A program made the position numbers and the translations under genes. A stretch of 64,000 nucleotides of DNA from Octopus sinensis (lineage: Eukaryota). Location: the NCBI RefSeq assembly GCF_006345805.1, contig NC_043011.1, positions 47,070,464 to 47,134,463 on the forward strand, in the 5' to 3' direction. Below the pieces are notes generated by a model. It had not been told where the DNA came from. It worked only from the letters and a program-made list of their open reading frames with translations, and did not search any database. Shown in pieces: positions 37,700-51,815 of this stretch (its first letter is position 1; every line of letters begins with the position of its first letter).

Positions 37700-38090
37700 A
37701 TGTGCCAGTGTCACATAAAAAGCATCCATGTCAGTGTCACATACAGAGCACCCATGCTGGTGCCATGTAAAAAGGACCTGAGCTGGGGCCATGTAACAGC
37801 ACTGGTATTGGGTGGGGCCATGTAAAAAGAACCCAATAGACTCTGTAAAGTGCTTGGTGTTAGGAAAGGCACCCAGTCACAGAAACCATAGCAGATCAGA
37901 TGACTGGATCCTGTTGCAGCTCTCCAGCCATGCCATCTCCATGTGAAACTGTCCAACCCATGCCAGCATGGAAAGCAGACATTAAATGATGATGATGATT
38001 ATGGTGGTGGTGGTGGTGGTGGTGGTGGTGGTGGTGGTGGTGGTGGTGGTGGTGATGATGGTGATGATAATGATGATGATGATGATAATG
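37700..38090 (+). mobile_element. Retroposon family D with tail expanded into (GAT)n/(GGT)n
   Basis: aacccatgccagcatggaaagcagacattaaatgatg... Confidence 0.8.
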
Positions 38091-38489
38091 AAATATAATC
38101 TCTAAGTGGAACAGTTAAAGTAAGCAAAGCTTTTCCACAGTTCAGCATGTAGCACTTATTGTTGCTATCCATATTCCAGTAATGGGAATTGCATCTCTTT
38201 ATTAAAAATCATCTTTCTTTTGAGAAGAATTCAGACAACCGAAAATAGATTAAACATGCATGCACATGCATGTGTGCACACACACATGCAAAAATGAACA
38301 CAAAGCTTATGAAGCATAGCTACATGATTAAAAAGTTTAATTCCTGAGTACTTGGTTTTGGGTTCAGGCTCATGGCATGACCTCTGGGGCATGTGTCTTT
38401 CACTATAGCCCAGAGCCAATCACAGCTTTTTGAGAGGATTTGGCATACAGAAACTGAAAGACTACCTTGTGTATATATATATATATATA

Positions 38490-38553
38490 TTAAAATTTTA
38501 GTATTGATTAAGTCTTTCCTGTTTGTTTTGCAAAATAGTGGTTTTGTCTCTAA

Positions 38554-38602
<49 letters not shown>

Positions 38603-38663
38603 TTTTATGTATTGATAAGTCTTTCCTTGTTTGTTTTGCAAAATAGTGGTTTTGTCTCTAATA

Positions 38664-38707
<44 letters not shown>

Positions 38708-38769
38708 TTTTATGTATTGATTAAGTCTTTCCTTGTTTGTTTTGCAAAATAGTGGTTTTGTCTCTAATA

Positions 38770-38810
<41 letters not shown>
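38490..38810. repeat. Three tandem ~105-bp units, each ending in (TA)n
   Basis: taaaatttta(t)gtattgat(t)aagtctttcc...ctctaat(a)atatttt occurs three times. Confidence 0.9.
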
Positions 38811-38814
<4 letters not shown>

Positions 38815-39224
38815 GAAAATAGATAGGTAAATATGTATGTGTCACCATATCTATATGATGTGTGTTAGATGTAAATGAATGTTGCTTTTATACAAATGCT
38901 ATCGTGCATTTCCTGTCTTCTGAGAAAACATGTCTGGCCATGAGGTAAATCACCTTACTTTGAAACAGGTGAGGGTTAATTACAGGAAGAGCATCCAGTT
39001 GTAAAAAATTTGCATCTGTCTGACCAACTGCAAGGATAGAAATGTAGATGTTGAAATGATGGTGGTGATGATGATGATATATTTGGTGTAAACATTACAA
39101 TTAAAATAATCTTTGTTTCTCCAACTGATAAATATTGTTTTTAATTAATAAAAACTGTCATTATACTTGACAACATGATGACACTAGCATATATATATAT
39201 TTGTGTGTGTATGTGTGTATGTAT

Positions 39225-39298
39225 ATAGGTAGGTAGATAGATAGGTACATAGATAGATAGATGGGTAGGTAGTTAGGTAGATGGATAGATAGATAGAG

Positions 39299-39338
<40 letters not shown>

Positions 39339-39353
39339 GGATAGATAGATAGG

Positions 39354-39416
<63 letters not shown>

Positions 39417-39427
39417 TTAGGTAGATG

Positions 39428-39497
<70 letters not shown>

Positions 39498-39505
39498 GGG
39501 TAGAT
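39225..39505. repeat. (AGAT)n array; a second lies at 40247-40300
   Basis: Visible directly. Confidence 0.95.
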
Positions 39506-40039
39506 AGTTAGGCAGATGGAGAGGGTCAGAAAGAGAAAGGAGCGAGGAAGGAGTTATGTATGTATGTATAAAGAGTGACAAGAAAATAATAGTAGACAAA
39601 AAAGTTGACAAGGCAGAGAGGTGGACAGATGTTACGGTGGACAATAGATGCTGCTAATGACGCACAGACAATGAGATAAGAAAAATGATTTTATGTCAGA
39701 ATCTATGAAAAAGAAGTTAAAACTCAAATCTGGAATAAAAGAAAAGTTTTTTTTAAAATATTTTAATGAAACTTTTCTTGAACTGTTTTCTTGTCACTTG
39801 AGACAGATATACACACCTGTGCACATAGGTGTATTTGTTTGGTTGTGTAAATGTATATGTATGTGTGTGTGTGTGTGTGTTTGGGTGTACATATATAAAT
39901 TCATTACATATGTAGACACATATACATATACACACGCACATACATATGTTTAGGCATAAGTGTATATATATATATATGCACTCACACAAGCAAATATTTA
40001 TATACATATATATATATATACACTCACACATACACAAAT

Positions 40040-40072
<33 letters not shown>

Positions 40073-40247
40073 AAACATACCCCTTCAGTAATTTCAGAGG
40101 ATCAAAGGAATTCTGTTGTTAACTACAATTTTAAAACATATAAGCAATAATGTTTGAATATTAGGAAAGAGAATGTGTGTGTGTGTGAATGGATGGGTGG
40201 GTGGGAGGGTGAGTGGGTGGGTGAGTGGGTGGATGGATGGATTGATG

Positions 40248-40301
<54 letters not shown>

Positions 40302-40659
40302 GCTTTCTCACATCATAAACAATATTTGATGCTTCTCATTCCACTTTCATAAATGACACTCAATACTTAGCCAAACACTTAGAATTTTAATTAGATTTGA
40401 ATAATCTATTAACAAGAATGGTTTAAATGTGTTGGCATCTGAGTTCTCAAAACCTTAACACAAAATCAAACTAAAATCCAATTCCTCATTTTCAGTAATG
40501 ATATTCCCTTTATCGTGTTCTTCTTAATTGCCATTTTCACGGTTGTTTCTCCATTACCAATGACATCATTTCCCCTATAATCAATGAGTTAATGAAGATG
40601 CCTATACGTGCTAGATACAGTAGCTAAACCTCACTTAAGTGACACCTTTTTGTTGACTA

Positions 40660-41070
40660 AGCAGGTGGCGAGCTGGCAGAAATATTAGTACGCCGGGCGA
40701 AATCATCATCATCATCATCATCGTTTAGCGTCCGCTTTCCATGCTAGCATGGGTTGGACGGGTCAACTGGGGTCTGTGAAGCTGGAAGGCTTCGTCAGGC
40801 CCAGTCAGATCTGGCAGTGTTTCTACGGCTGGATGCCCTTCCTAACGCCAACCACTCCGCGAGTGTAGGTATGCTTAGCAGTATTTCGTCTGCTGCTACT
40901 TTTTGAGTTCAAATTCCGCAGAGGTCAACTTTGCCTTTCATCCTTTCGGGGTCGATAAATTAAGGTACCAGTTATGCACTGGGGTCGCTGTAATCGATTT
41001 AATCTGTTTGTCTGTCCTTGTTTGTCCTCTCTGTGTTTAACCCCTTGTGGGTAATGAAGAAATAGATATT
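40660..41070 (+). mobile_element. SINE family B split by a family D insertion (40702-40868, -)
   Basis: ccgggcgaa|...|atgcttagcagtatttcg rejoins the B head. Confidence 0.85.
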
Positions 41071-41286
41071 TCATTCACTCTTATGCTTTAAGTTCAAATT
41101 CTGCTGAGATCGACTTTGCCTTTCATTCCTTCAGGTTGATAAAACGCATATCAATTGAGTAGTAGGGTTGATTTAATCAGCTCAACTACTCTTGGGTATA
41201 AAAAAAGCATCCTTCTGACAAGCCATGCACTCACACAAGCAAATATTTATATACATATATATACATACACTCACACATACACAAAT

Positions 41287-41337
<51 letters not shown>

Positions 41338-41653
41338 ACCCCTTCAGTAATTTCTGAGGATCAAAGGATATCTGTTGTTAACTACAATTTTAAAACAGTG
41401 TGGCAGAGTAGGTTCACCAAACCAGTATGATCTCAAACTTAAATTTATGACTTCTACATCATGTGATGCTTGGTGGAGAGATCGTACTGTAATCCTTGTA
41501 CGGAAAAAGGTCAATTCTATTCAATCTAAGCAGGTTATAAGCCAGTGAGAAGAGTAGGGTCTCTATGTGGAAATTAAAAGCAGCAGTGAAATTTCCTTAA
41601 AATTACATACAAAGGACTTGCAGAATGCTGTAGTTCCTGATACATTATGCCAT

Positions 41654-42058
41654 AGGCGTAGGAGTGGCTGGGTGGTAAGTAGCTTGCTTATGAATCACAT
41701 GGTTCTGGGTTCAGTTCCATTGCATGGCAGCTTGTGCAAGTGTTTTCTACTATAGCCTTGGGCCGCCCAAAGCCTTGTGAGTAGATTTGGTAGACAGAAA
41801 CTGAAAGAAGACTGTCGTATATGTGTGTGTGTGTGTGTGTATATGTTTGTGTATCTGTATTTGTCCCCCCAACATTGCTTGACAACCGATGCTGGTGTGT
41901 TTATGATCCCCAGTAACTTAGCGGTTCGGCAAAAGAGACAATAGAATAAGTACTAGGCTTACAAAGAATAAGTCCTGGGGGCGATTTGCTCGACTAAAGG
42001 CGGTGCTTCAGCACGGCCACAGTCAAAGGACTGAAACAAGTAAAAGAGAGTAAAAGAT
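41654..42058 (+). mobile_element. SINE family A, full length
   Basis: ggcgtaggagtggctgggtggtaag...gaaacaagtaaaagag. Confidence 0.9.
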
Positions 42059-42698
42059 AGAATGGCCATGTTTGAAACACCTTTCATCATAAATCCGCTG
42101 AACTGATGCTAAACAACAATACCAAAATTATTTACGTATATGCATTGCATAACAATGTTACATATGAGTGACTGAAAATATCGCTTTGTAATCACTCAAT
42201 CTGAAAAAAGATCAGTGAAATACCCACAAAGCATTTTATTATATTAAATGATAAAGAACGCATTAAATAATGCAGATACAATGCACTATCCTTGGAAAAA
42301 AGTAACTAAAAGAAAATGAATCATCTTTGATTATAGGTTTACAGCTTGAAGATTAAGTAAGGGCTAAATAACCACATGCTATATTCTCTTTCTGCTTTTT
42401 CTCTGATTTATTACATTGCAGTAATGTGGTCTCATGTTATCACCACTCAGGATCTTTCAACCCCTTCGTTTCTGCTCCATGTGTCATTGATATTGACCCA
42501 TTATCTCCAGAAAACACTGCTAACCACTATGTACAGGATATCATTTCAGTCCTTGGAATCTCATCACTGCTCATGATTTTCTTGCTACTGTTAACAGATA
42601 ATCTATTCATGAAGAATGCTAACTTCAGCAATCTCATTGGTGTTAGAGGACCTGTGAAAGCTGTGGACATGGACAGTTACTTAAGAAAATAAAATTAT

Positions 42699-43145
42699 AT
42701 TTCTTTATTTGCCACACAGGGCTGAACACAGACGGGACAAATTACAAAGTAGAGCTTTTCTTTTTGGGGGAAAAAAAAAAGTGGGTTAGGTTTTTGATCG
42801 AAAGACATCGTAAAGAGGAAAGGAAAAAAAAAACAAGCAATAGGGATCGTGTATCACAGAAATATCATGATGTAAAGTGTAAAGGGGGAAGCAGATAAGG
42901 TTTATCCGTGGAAAGAAAAGCCTATGGAAAAGACCATGGTAACCTCAGTCAATAATGTCACATGTTAACACATTTGTTTGCAAGTAAGTAACCCTCTGTT
43001 TTAAATTTTTCCGGGTTCATAGGATTATGCTCAAGGTGGCTTCGTCATTCATACGTGCCATCCTTGCTACATTCACCCATCTTTTTTGAAACATTCGCTA
43101 GACTAAACTTGCCTCTCTACTCTCACTTTCCTTTTCAAGTGATAG
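42699..43145 (-). mobile_element. Tx1/L1-like LINE 3' end
   Basis: Reads YHLKRKVRVERQV*SSECFKKRWVNVARMARMNDEATLSIIL*, then a 3' UTR colinear with 57072-57383. Clade assignment rests on recalled similarity. Confidence 0.7.
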
Positions 43146-43159
43146 ACAAACCCACACCC

Positions 43160-44040
43160 ACATATATGTAACTTAGTAACTTGACAAAAGGGGCCAATAG
43201 AATAAGTACCAGACTTTAAAAAATAAGTTCTGGGGTCAAGTACCCATCAAAGAACTGCTCCAGCATGGCTGTAATGCAATATCTGAAAATCTGAAAAAAG
43301 TAAAAGCTAAGAGATAAACAATAACAATGTCAGAGTAATAGAAGGAATAATAACACCACAATTATTGCCATCGTTAAGAATACTTTTCTCTTTTTTGAAG
43401 TTGCTAATGAGAAGGTCTAAGATGACTTAATGAAGGCTTTATTCAAAAGCAATCCTGTTCTACTTTGTTCTACTTCTTAAATACAGAATTACCAGTCCAT
43501 AATGATATTTTGTGTCTGTATCACTAAACAAAGCTAACAAATCAAGATAAACATCTAAGATCTTGCATTATGTTTACGCAAGGTGTGATATCAATAATTA
43601 ATAAAAATAATTGTGTGAGTGAGTAAATACTTAAGCAGAAGTTTATATAAGCATACACTATAAAGCAGTAAGTAATTTTACCTTTGCGAAGATTCCAGGA
43701 GAATGCAATTAACAGAACTCTGTCCATATTGTATAGCAGTGTATCTAAATATTTTTAGTGTGATCCTTCGGAAGTCCTTTGTGTGATCCTTAGGAAGCCC
43801 ATCGTATATATGTATATATGTAAGTGTGTGTGTGTGTATGTTAATGTCCTGTGTTTGTCCCCTAAACATCTCTTGACAAACAATTCTGGTGTGTTTACGT
43901 CTCTGTAACTTAGCGGTTCGGCAAAAGAGACTGATAGAATAAGCACTAGGCTTACAAAGAATAAGTCCTGGGGTCGATTCGCTCGACTAAAGGCAGTGCT
44001 CCAGCATCGCCGCAGTCAAATGACTGAAACCAGTAAAAGA
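43160..44040 (+). mobile_element. Two 3' fragments of SINE family A (43160-43312, 43790-44040)
   Basis: aatagaataagtacc/gatagaataagcactagg...tccagcat. Confidence 0.7.
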
Positions 44041-45080
44041 ATAATAAGTTGCAAATCCTTATATTCTGAGTCCAAATTCCATTGAGATGAATTATGCCAT
44101 TCATTGCTATAAGGTTGATAACATAAATTTAGCTGCCAAGTGGTGAGTTGATTTCACCTCTTAACCTAATAACTTCTGCACTTATGGGCAGGTCAGTGCC
44201 ATTGTGTATATGTGGGAGAAAGAGAGGGCAAGAGAAAAAGGGAGAGAAAGAGGAAGAGAGAAAGGGAGAGTTTATTATATCAAATGCATCCTTCAACTCT
44301 TCCATGCTTCCTGAGATTTTCCAACACTACACCTGATTTTCTCCCCTCCATACACACGCAAGCATGTATCTGACTCATACACTCATACACTCATACAAAC
44401 ATTTGTACATTACTGCATATGCTTTATATGCATTTTTGACAAGTTCTAGTGCACCTGAGCACTGTATACAATAATTTCATTATTATTTAAATCTCTGAGT
44501 TTCTCTTTAGGCCATCTAAGTGAAACTCAGAAAATCTGTTAGATTTGATATTAAACACCTGAATTCACTGTTGAGTTCTATAACAGATAATGTTTAAATT
44601 ATGTAAAATATATTTTCAATATATTGTTATATTTCAAGATGGTAATTCCTTTTTTTTTTTTTGGCCATATAAACATGCACACAATATACTCATTCTTCAT
44701 TTTATCTTTATAATGGTCTTATTTTAGTGTCCTTTGTCTTAAATCTTTATTCACACATCCTTGACCTCTTCAATGCCCCCCTCCCTCCCATGTGTCTACT
44801 CCTGTGCTCTTTAGTCCATTCTATTTTTCTATGAGGTATATCCTTTTCTGCACATGAATAATAATAAAGATGAAGTGAAGAACGAATATATAGTGTGTGT
44901 GTTTATTTGGCCAAAAAAAAAAAAAAATGACCATCCACCAAATATAACAATATTTATATCAATACACAATTTCACATCAAGAACCTTACAAAACAAATAC
45001 ATATATACAATATTCAAAATATTTCTAATCTTACATTATATTTGACTAACTGACTATCTATCTGCCTGTCTGTCTGTACT

Positions 45081-45482
45081 CTTTTAGTCTTTTACTTGTT
45101 TCAGTCATTTGACTGTGGCCATGCAGGAGCACCACCTTTAATCGAGCAAATCAACACCAGGACTTACTCTTTGTAAGCCTAGTACTTATTCTATTGGGGT
45201 CTTTTGCCGAACTGCTAAGTTACAGGGACGTAAACACACCACCATCGGTTGTCAAGCGATGTTGTGGGGACAAACGCAGACACACAAACACACACATATA
45301 TATACATATACATATATAGGCCGGGCTTCTTTCAGTTTCTGTCTACCTAATCCACTCACAAGGCTTTGGTTGGCCCGAAGCTATAGTAGAAGACACTTGC
45401 CCAAGATGCCACACAGTGGGACTTAACCCAGAACCATGTGGTTGGTAAGCAAGCTACTAACCACACAGCCACTCCTGCACCT
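45081..45482 (-). mobile_element. SINE family A, full length
   Basis: Colinear with other copies. Confidence 0.9.
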
Positions 45483-46134
45483 ATATACCTATATATCTGT
45501 CTGTCTATTTATCTATATATAGCTCGAAAGTAAGTCCAATTACAGGATAATGATGAGAGCATATTTCTTGTATATTCTTTGCCTAAAAAATGTATCCTTC
45601 TGGCAAAAAGAAGAGGAAAAAAAATTAATATAAACAAACAAAAGTAATTTATGTGAAGGTAAAGCTTTCCAAGAATTGTAGTTATTCACTTTTTGGTGAT
45701 CATGATCATTGAGATGGGGGTGAAGATGGTAAGAGTGGGCTTGGCTGATTGTGACAGGTGGTAGTGGTGTTGGTAATGACAGCAGTGCAGCTAGGAGTGG
45801 CAATATCGATGATAGTGGTGGTGGTGGTGACAGATTGCTGTGGCGACGTTGGCAATGTTCTTGCTGTTGTGGTTGCCTCAGTAGATGTTCAATATTGAAA
45901 TACAATTTTCAAGAGGCAGAATGGCTTCTACTTGACTTCACTTGAGATTTGAAACTTCTGAAGAGAACTTAGCCACGAGGACTGTGCCTTGAGCAACTTT
46001 GATAGAGGAATTTCTCATTCCATTTGAAATACGGTTCAATGTCAAAAATGCTACTGCATTGGAGCCTGGTAGCAATGTTCATTAGTAAAGCCATTATGGA
46101 GTTTGATGTAATTTTGAAGAATTTAATTGATACA

Positions 46135-46211
46135 TAGACATATACATACATATATATATATATATATTATATATATATATATACATATGTGTGTATATAT
46201 ATATATACATA

Positions 46212-46267
<56 letters not shown>

Positions 46268-46335
46268 TATGTGTATATATATATACATACATATATGTTT
46301 ATATATATGTATATATGTATGTATATTGTGTGTGT
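46135..46335. repeat. (TA)n/(TATG)n array
   Basis: Visible directly. Confidence 0.95.
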
Positions 46336-47569
46336 AATTTCATTGATCACTATGTACATGATATTGTGATTAATATTTTTTTGTCTCATAACTTGTGACT
46401 GTAGACAAAACCCTGAGGGCATTCTCTATACTAATACAAATAATTTTATTCCTTTATTTATTCATTTATTCATTTATCCAGTTATTTATTTTTTTATTTT
46501 TTTATTTTACTTATTTATTTTTTCCCCCTTCAGAAGTTTTCTGCTAAAATAAGTAACAAATTAGATGTGCAGCTGGAGTAACCAGCCCAAACAAATGACT
46601 CCGCAAATGAATATGATTCCCCAATTTTTTTTAATAATAATAGGGAACCAATAATAGCACTAACGAAATTACAGAAGCACACACACACACAAACACACAC
46701 ACACACACACAAGCACATACACATGCATACATGCATGAATACATATACCTGCACTCTTGAATCTTTATCTAACTAAAATATAATCACATAAGAATTGTGT
46801 AGCATTAAGTTCATCCTAGGATAAGTAAACCCCAACCAACACCCCTATCCATATACTCACACTCACACACACACACACACACACACATACATTGTTCTTA
46901 CTCCATATGCAGTTTCACAGAGGTATGAGAGATATTGGAATAAGGTTACCATGAATTCTTAAGAAGTGGTTCAATAAAAAAACTCTCTTCCCTATAGAAG
47001 ACAGTTGTCCCAGTTTTACTGATGCACAACACACATGCGGACACACGTGTATATTCATATGTATAAGAGATGTACCAGACAAAGCCTATAAATTTAAATT
47101 ATCAAATATAAAAATTTAATAACTTCTTTTTTATCGTGAGTATTCTAAGTTAAGGCATCATATAAATGCTATAATTTAGTGCAATATATAATTCAGTAAA
47201 CAGCAAATATTTTGATGTTAGACAGGCATAACACCCAGACTTTCAACTTCGACTGAGTAGGCAAGAGTAACATGAAATGAAGTGCATTGCTCAAGGATAC
47301 AGTAAACAGACCAGTCCAGAAATTGAACCCCATAACACACATATGTATGTATATAACAGAAAATTCAGCAAAAAAGTAGTCCACCTGGTGTTTCTATATT
47401 CTGCCTTCTCAGTTTTTTCATGTTTCTTCTCTTATTCAATTTTTTTTTTTACAATATGCGGTTTATGCCTGATGAATACGTTAGTTATTTCTTAACATAT
47501 GAAACTATTAGTAGTATTTAAAAACATGTATCCATTAAATAAACAATATATATATATATATATGTATGT

Positions 47570-48030
47570 CCTCATCATTGTTGTCGTCGTTTAACGTCTG
47601 CTTTCCATGCTGTCATGGGTTGGATAGTTTGACTAAGGGCTGGCGAGCAGGAAGGCTGCACCATGCTCCAATCTAATCTGGCAATTTTTCTACAGCTGGA
47701 TGCCCTTCTTAATGCCAACCACTCCGAGATTGTAGAGGGTGCTTTTTAGGTGCCACTGGCACAAGGGCCAGTCAGGCAGTACTGGCATCAGCCATGCTTG
47801 AATGGTGCTTTTTACATGCCGCCAGCATGAGAACCAGTCAGGTGGCACTGACATTGTCCACACTTGAATGGTGCTTTTCACGTGCCACTGGCATGGGTGC
47901 CAATCAGGCGGTACTGTCATTGTCTATGACACCGACTTCACTTGCCACAACAGGTCTTTGCAAGCACAGTTTATTGCCCAATGAGTCAAGAGTACTCTTA
48001 AATGGGCTGGTTATGCTGCACTGGCATATA
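47570..48030 (-). mobile_element. Retroposon family D, long copy with ~55-bp subrepeats
   Basis: Three units of cttgaatggtgctttt(t)a(c/t)gtgcc...ggcactg. Confidence 0.8.
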
Positions 48031-48598
48031 CAGAATTATTATTAGACACTAAGGCTTCTTGAATCATTATCCTGAATTTCATGTTTCCAATTATTCAAAG
48101 AATTGGAGAAGGAAACCAGCATGACAATATATAAGCAAAAACATTCATAAATGCAATGAAATATGGTCATCCTGAATATTTAATGTTTATCATAACCATA
48201 ATATTGTACATTTTCATGGTTTAACAAATGTTTCCTGGCTGTTATGCTTGACCCCAAAGTCTTATTGTAAATAATAAAGATTTCCTAGCATGCATGATAA
48301 TACTAATGTCAGAATTACTAAGCGGAATGATGTCTGTAACAAATTCTAAAGCTCTTTTGAGAAAGGAATTAGATATAAATGGATAGAAATCTACTGTATT
48401 GACCTGCATAAAGTGACAAAAGTGCTTATTTTTTATGGCACTTGATAACCCAAGAACTATTATTCAATAACAAATGAAAAATGGCCCATTTAACATTAAA
48501 CCTTATGAATAAGCATTTCTTGATAGAGCATAGACATCCTAAGATCTTGAATTAAAAATAGAAATTAGTAAATGATATTTGCAACCAAAACTTCACAG

Positions 48599-48638
48599 CT
48601 ACCATAGTCAGTATACAAAAAAGTGGAATGGCAAAGAG
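48599..48638 (+). CDS. Candidate 40-nt exon
   Basis: aaacttcacag|CTACC...CAAAGAG|gtgagt; two frames are open (YHSQYTKKWNGKE or TIVSIQKSGMAK); the pyrimidine tract is weak. Confidence 0.15.
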
Positions 48639-49224
48639 GTGAGTGTGGAGATGAATTTAAGTAATCTATCCTTATTTATATAAATTTAAATTTATTTCAT
48701 CATTGTATTTACTGTGGTGATGTTTTAACCATATATCACATGGAATTAAGAAGCAGGCATTTTAAACTGGTCTTGTTGCATACGTGCATATATATAAAAG
48801 TATACCTTCGTATATGTAATTTTTCGTATGTTGTATGTATATATATATATATGTATTTATGTTTCTCTCTGCATATATTCCACTGATGAGATAAAGCATT
48901 TCTAAATGCAAAGCCAGAAATCCGGGATCTGGAATTTTACTAGTTTTATTTTGTCTTTTTGTCTTCTCTCCTTGTGCTATATGAACACTTAATGTGGTTT
49001 TAGAGTCAGATCCTGGCTGCTATTTTCAGCATGGTGGTATCTCGTAGATACCCTAAGTTATGATTTTAATAAATATAGTAATATCCCCTGTTACAAAGAT
49101 GGCATGAATTAGTGAATAAGGGAGAGGTCGGTGAAAGATGAGAGCATCATGAAAAGGCAATGGATGGAATTCCATAGGTGAGAGACCCACATATCAATTA
49201 CACATCCAAACTTTCATGTTATGT

Positions 49225-49610
49225 GGATGGAAGCGCTCCATCGGTTACGACGATGAGGGTTCCGGTTGATCCGAATCAACGGAACAGCCTGCTCGTGAAA
49301 TTAACGTGTAAGTGGCTGAGCACTCCACAGACACGTGTACCCTTAACGTAGTTCTCGGGGATATTCAGCGTGACATAGGGAGTGACAAGGCCGGCCCTTT
49401 GAAATACAGGTACAACAGAAACAGGAAGTAAGAGTGAGAGAAAGTTGTGGTGAAAGAGTACAGCAGGGATCACCACCATCCCCTGCCGGAGCCTCGTGGA
49501 GCTCTTAGGTGTTTTCGCTCAATAAACACTCACAACGCCCGGTCTGGGAATCAAAACCGCGATCCTATGACCGTGAGTCCGCTGCCCTAACCACTGGGCC
49601 ATTGCGCCTC
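49225..49610 (-). mobile_element. SINE family E, full length with 14-bp TSD
   Basis: ctttcatgttatgt at 49211-49224 and 49611-49624; A-box tggcccagtgg. Confidence 0.92.
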
Positions 49611-50681
49611 CTTTCATGTTATGTAAGCCAATTGCAAAACACATAAATTATTACCATGTTCACGCATAGCTAATATGGCTTCTTCATGAAATTCTTTTCT
49701 AGCTTTGGATATAGAGGGAGAATTCTCAGTTATTTCTGACAGATTCTCTGACCACATAGATGGTTCTTTATTGTGTTTGCTTGCATTCATTGATCCATCC
49801 TGTGTTAGTCACATCACACATCTGTCACATATGACCAAGTGGATATAAATGTATATATACTAATCTTTAACAAACAACATATTTACCATAACACACGATA
49901 TACTGTGATGTGCATGTGTGGTGCGGAATATGTTCGTGTGTATGCGTTTGTATGTGCATGTATTTGTGCTTGTGTTGCAATCACCACTATGCCAAGTTCT
50001 GTCAATTTGCAAAGAGCAATGTACTTGGAGTCTGCAGAGCTGATGGAGTATGTATTTCAATTGAAAAATCTGATATCTTAAGAGTTACTGATTTCAGGCA
50101 GGTAAGATAAAAACGTATTGAATAGACAGTGTCAGAATATCGTAGATTGGAAGTAGATGGCACTTGAAATGGGGAATTAAGCAATGCAGAGAGTTGAATT
50201 ATTAAGTAGAGATTATAGACATATTGAATACAGGAGGCAGTCAGAATTAAAATCAATGGAAACGGTAGCAGGGCAGAGTGGAGGGCAATTATTTGTAACT
50301 TTACAGCATCAATAGCTTGTTAATATGCTCAATTTTGAATGATAGCCAAGTACATTTAATCTTCAAGTCAGCTGAAGTCTGTTGCAATGTTATGGAGGAA
50401 TTTTCTGTTCAAATATGGTAGAATATTATTCTTATTATTTTTAAGACTTTTAGCTCGACTGTTAAGATAGGTATTTATTGAAATAGCTTCTGCAATAGAG
50501 TGTTCTTCATCACTCTGTTATATTCTTTGTGCTTTGTGGTGTAGAAGGCATTATCAAACATGCACATATGCACACATAGACACACGCACACACACACACA
50601 TACATATATATTTTACAGATGTACTTGTCTAGCAAGTGACTTGATTTGTGAGCATGCATTGAAACAGAAAGAATTACAACA

Positions 50682-50683
<2 letters not shown>

Positions 50684-50717
<34 letters not shown>

Positions 50718-50815
50718 TTTCTATGTTGTAATATAAAAGGTAACACTTATAAGTTCTGCTATGTGCCTCTTCTGACTGTCAGAAACAAATTATGAAGTTG
50801 TTGATATATATATAT

Positions 50816-50876
<61 letters not shown>

Positions 50877-51156
50877 GTATGTACACACATATATAATTAT
50901 ATATATATGTGTATGCATACGTATGTATACCCATATATAGATACATACATACATATACCTATACATAGATACATGCATACATATACCTATACATAGATAC
51001 ATACATACATATACCTATACATAGATACATACATACACCTATACATAGATACATACATATCTATACCTATGCATACATATATGCGTATACCTATACATAC
51101 ATACATACGTATACCTATACATACATACGTATACCTATACATACACACACACACAT

Positions 51157-51198
<42 letters not shown>

Positions 51199-51408
51199 TC
51201 AACATTTTACATGGAGTTCTACATCAGGTAATGTTTCTTCATTGTAAGTAAAAAATGTACATTGCTGGAGAGAGGGAGAGAGAGAAAGAAAGTGTGTGTG
51301 TGTGTGTTGTGTGTGTGTGTGTGTTTTCTATGTTGTAATATAAAAGGTAACACTTATAAGTTCTGCTATGTGCCTCTTCTGACTGTCAGAAACAAATTAT
51401 GAAGTTGT

Positions 51409-51466
<58 letters not shown>

Positions 51467-51648
51467 GTATGTACACACATATATAATTATATATATATGT
51501 GTATGCATACGTATGTATACCCATATATAGATACATACATACACACATATACCTAGATACATACATACATATCTATACCTATGCATACATATATGCGTAT
51601 ACCTATACATACATACATACGTATACCTATACATACACACACACACAT

Positions 51649-51684
<36 letters not shown>

Positions 51685-51777
51685 TCTCAACATTTTACAT
51701 GGAGTTCTACATCAGGTAATGTTTCTTCATTGTAAGTAAAAAATGTACATTGCTGGAGAGAGGGAGAGAGAGAAAGA

Positions 51778-51780
<3 letters not shown>
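50684..51780. repeat. Tandem duplication of a ~500-600-bp microsatellite-rich unit
   Basis: By eye, 50716-50803 equals 51323-51410 and 51196-51291 equals 51684-51780. Confidence 0.9.

Positions 51781-51815
<35 letters not shown>

Noticed and set aside
38490-38810. CRISPR-like array
   Set aside because: Eukaryotic context; the units are ~105-bp tandem repeats and the spacers are (TA)n, not unique sequence.
43682-43744. 63-nt symmetric minus-strand exon
   Set aside because: The acceptor tract is A-rich and directly abuts a SINE; two frames are open, so it is not discriminating.
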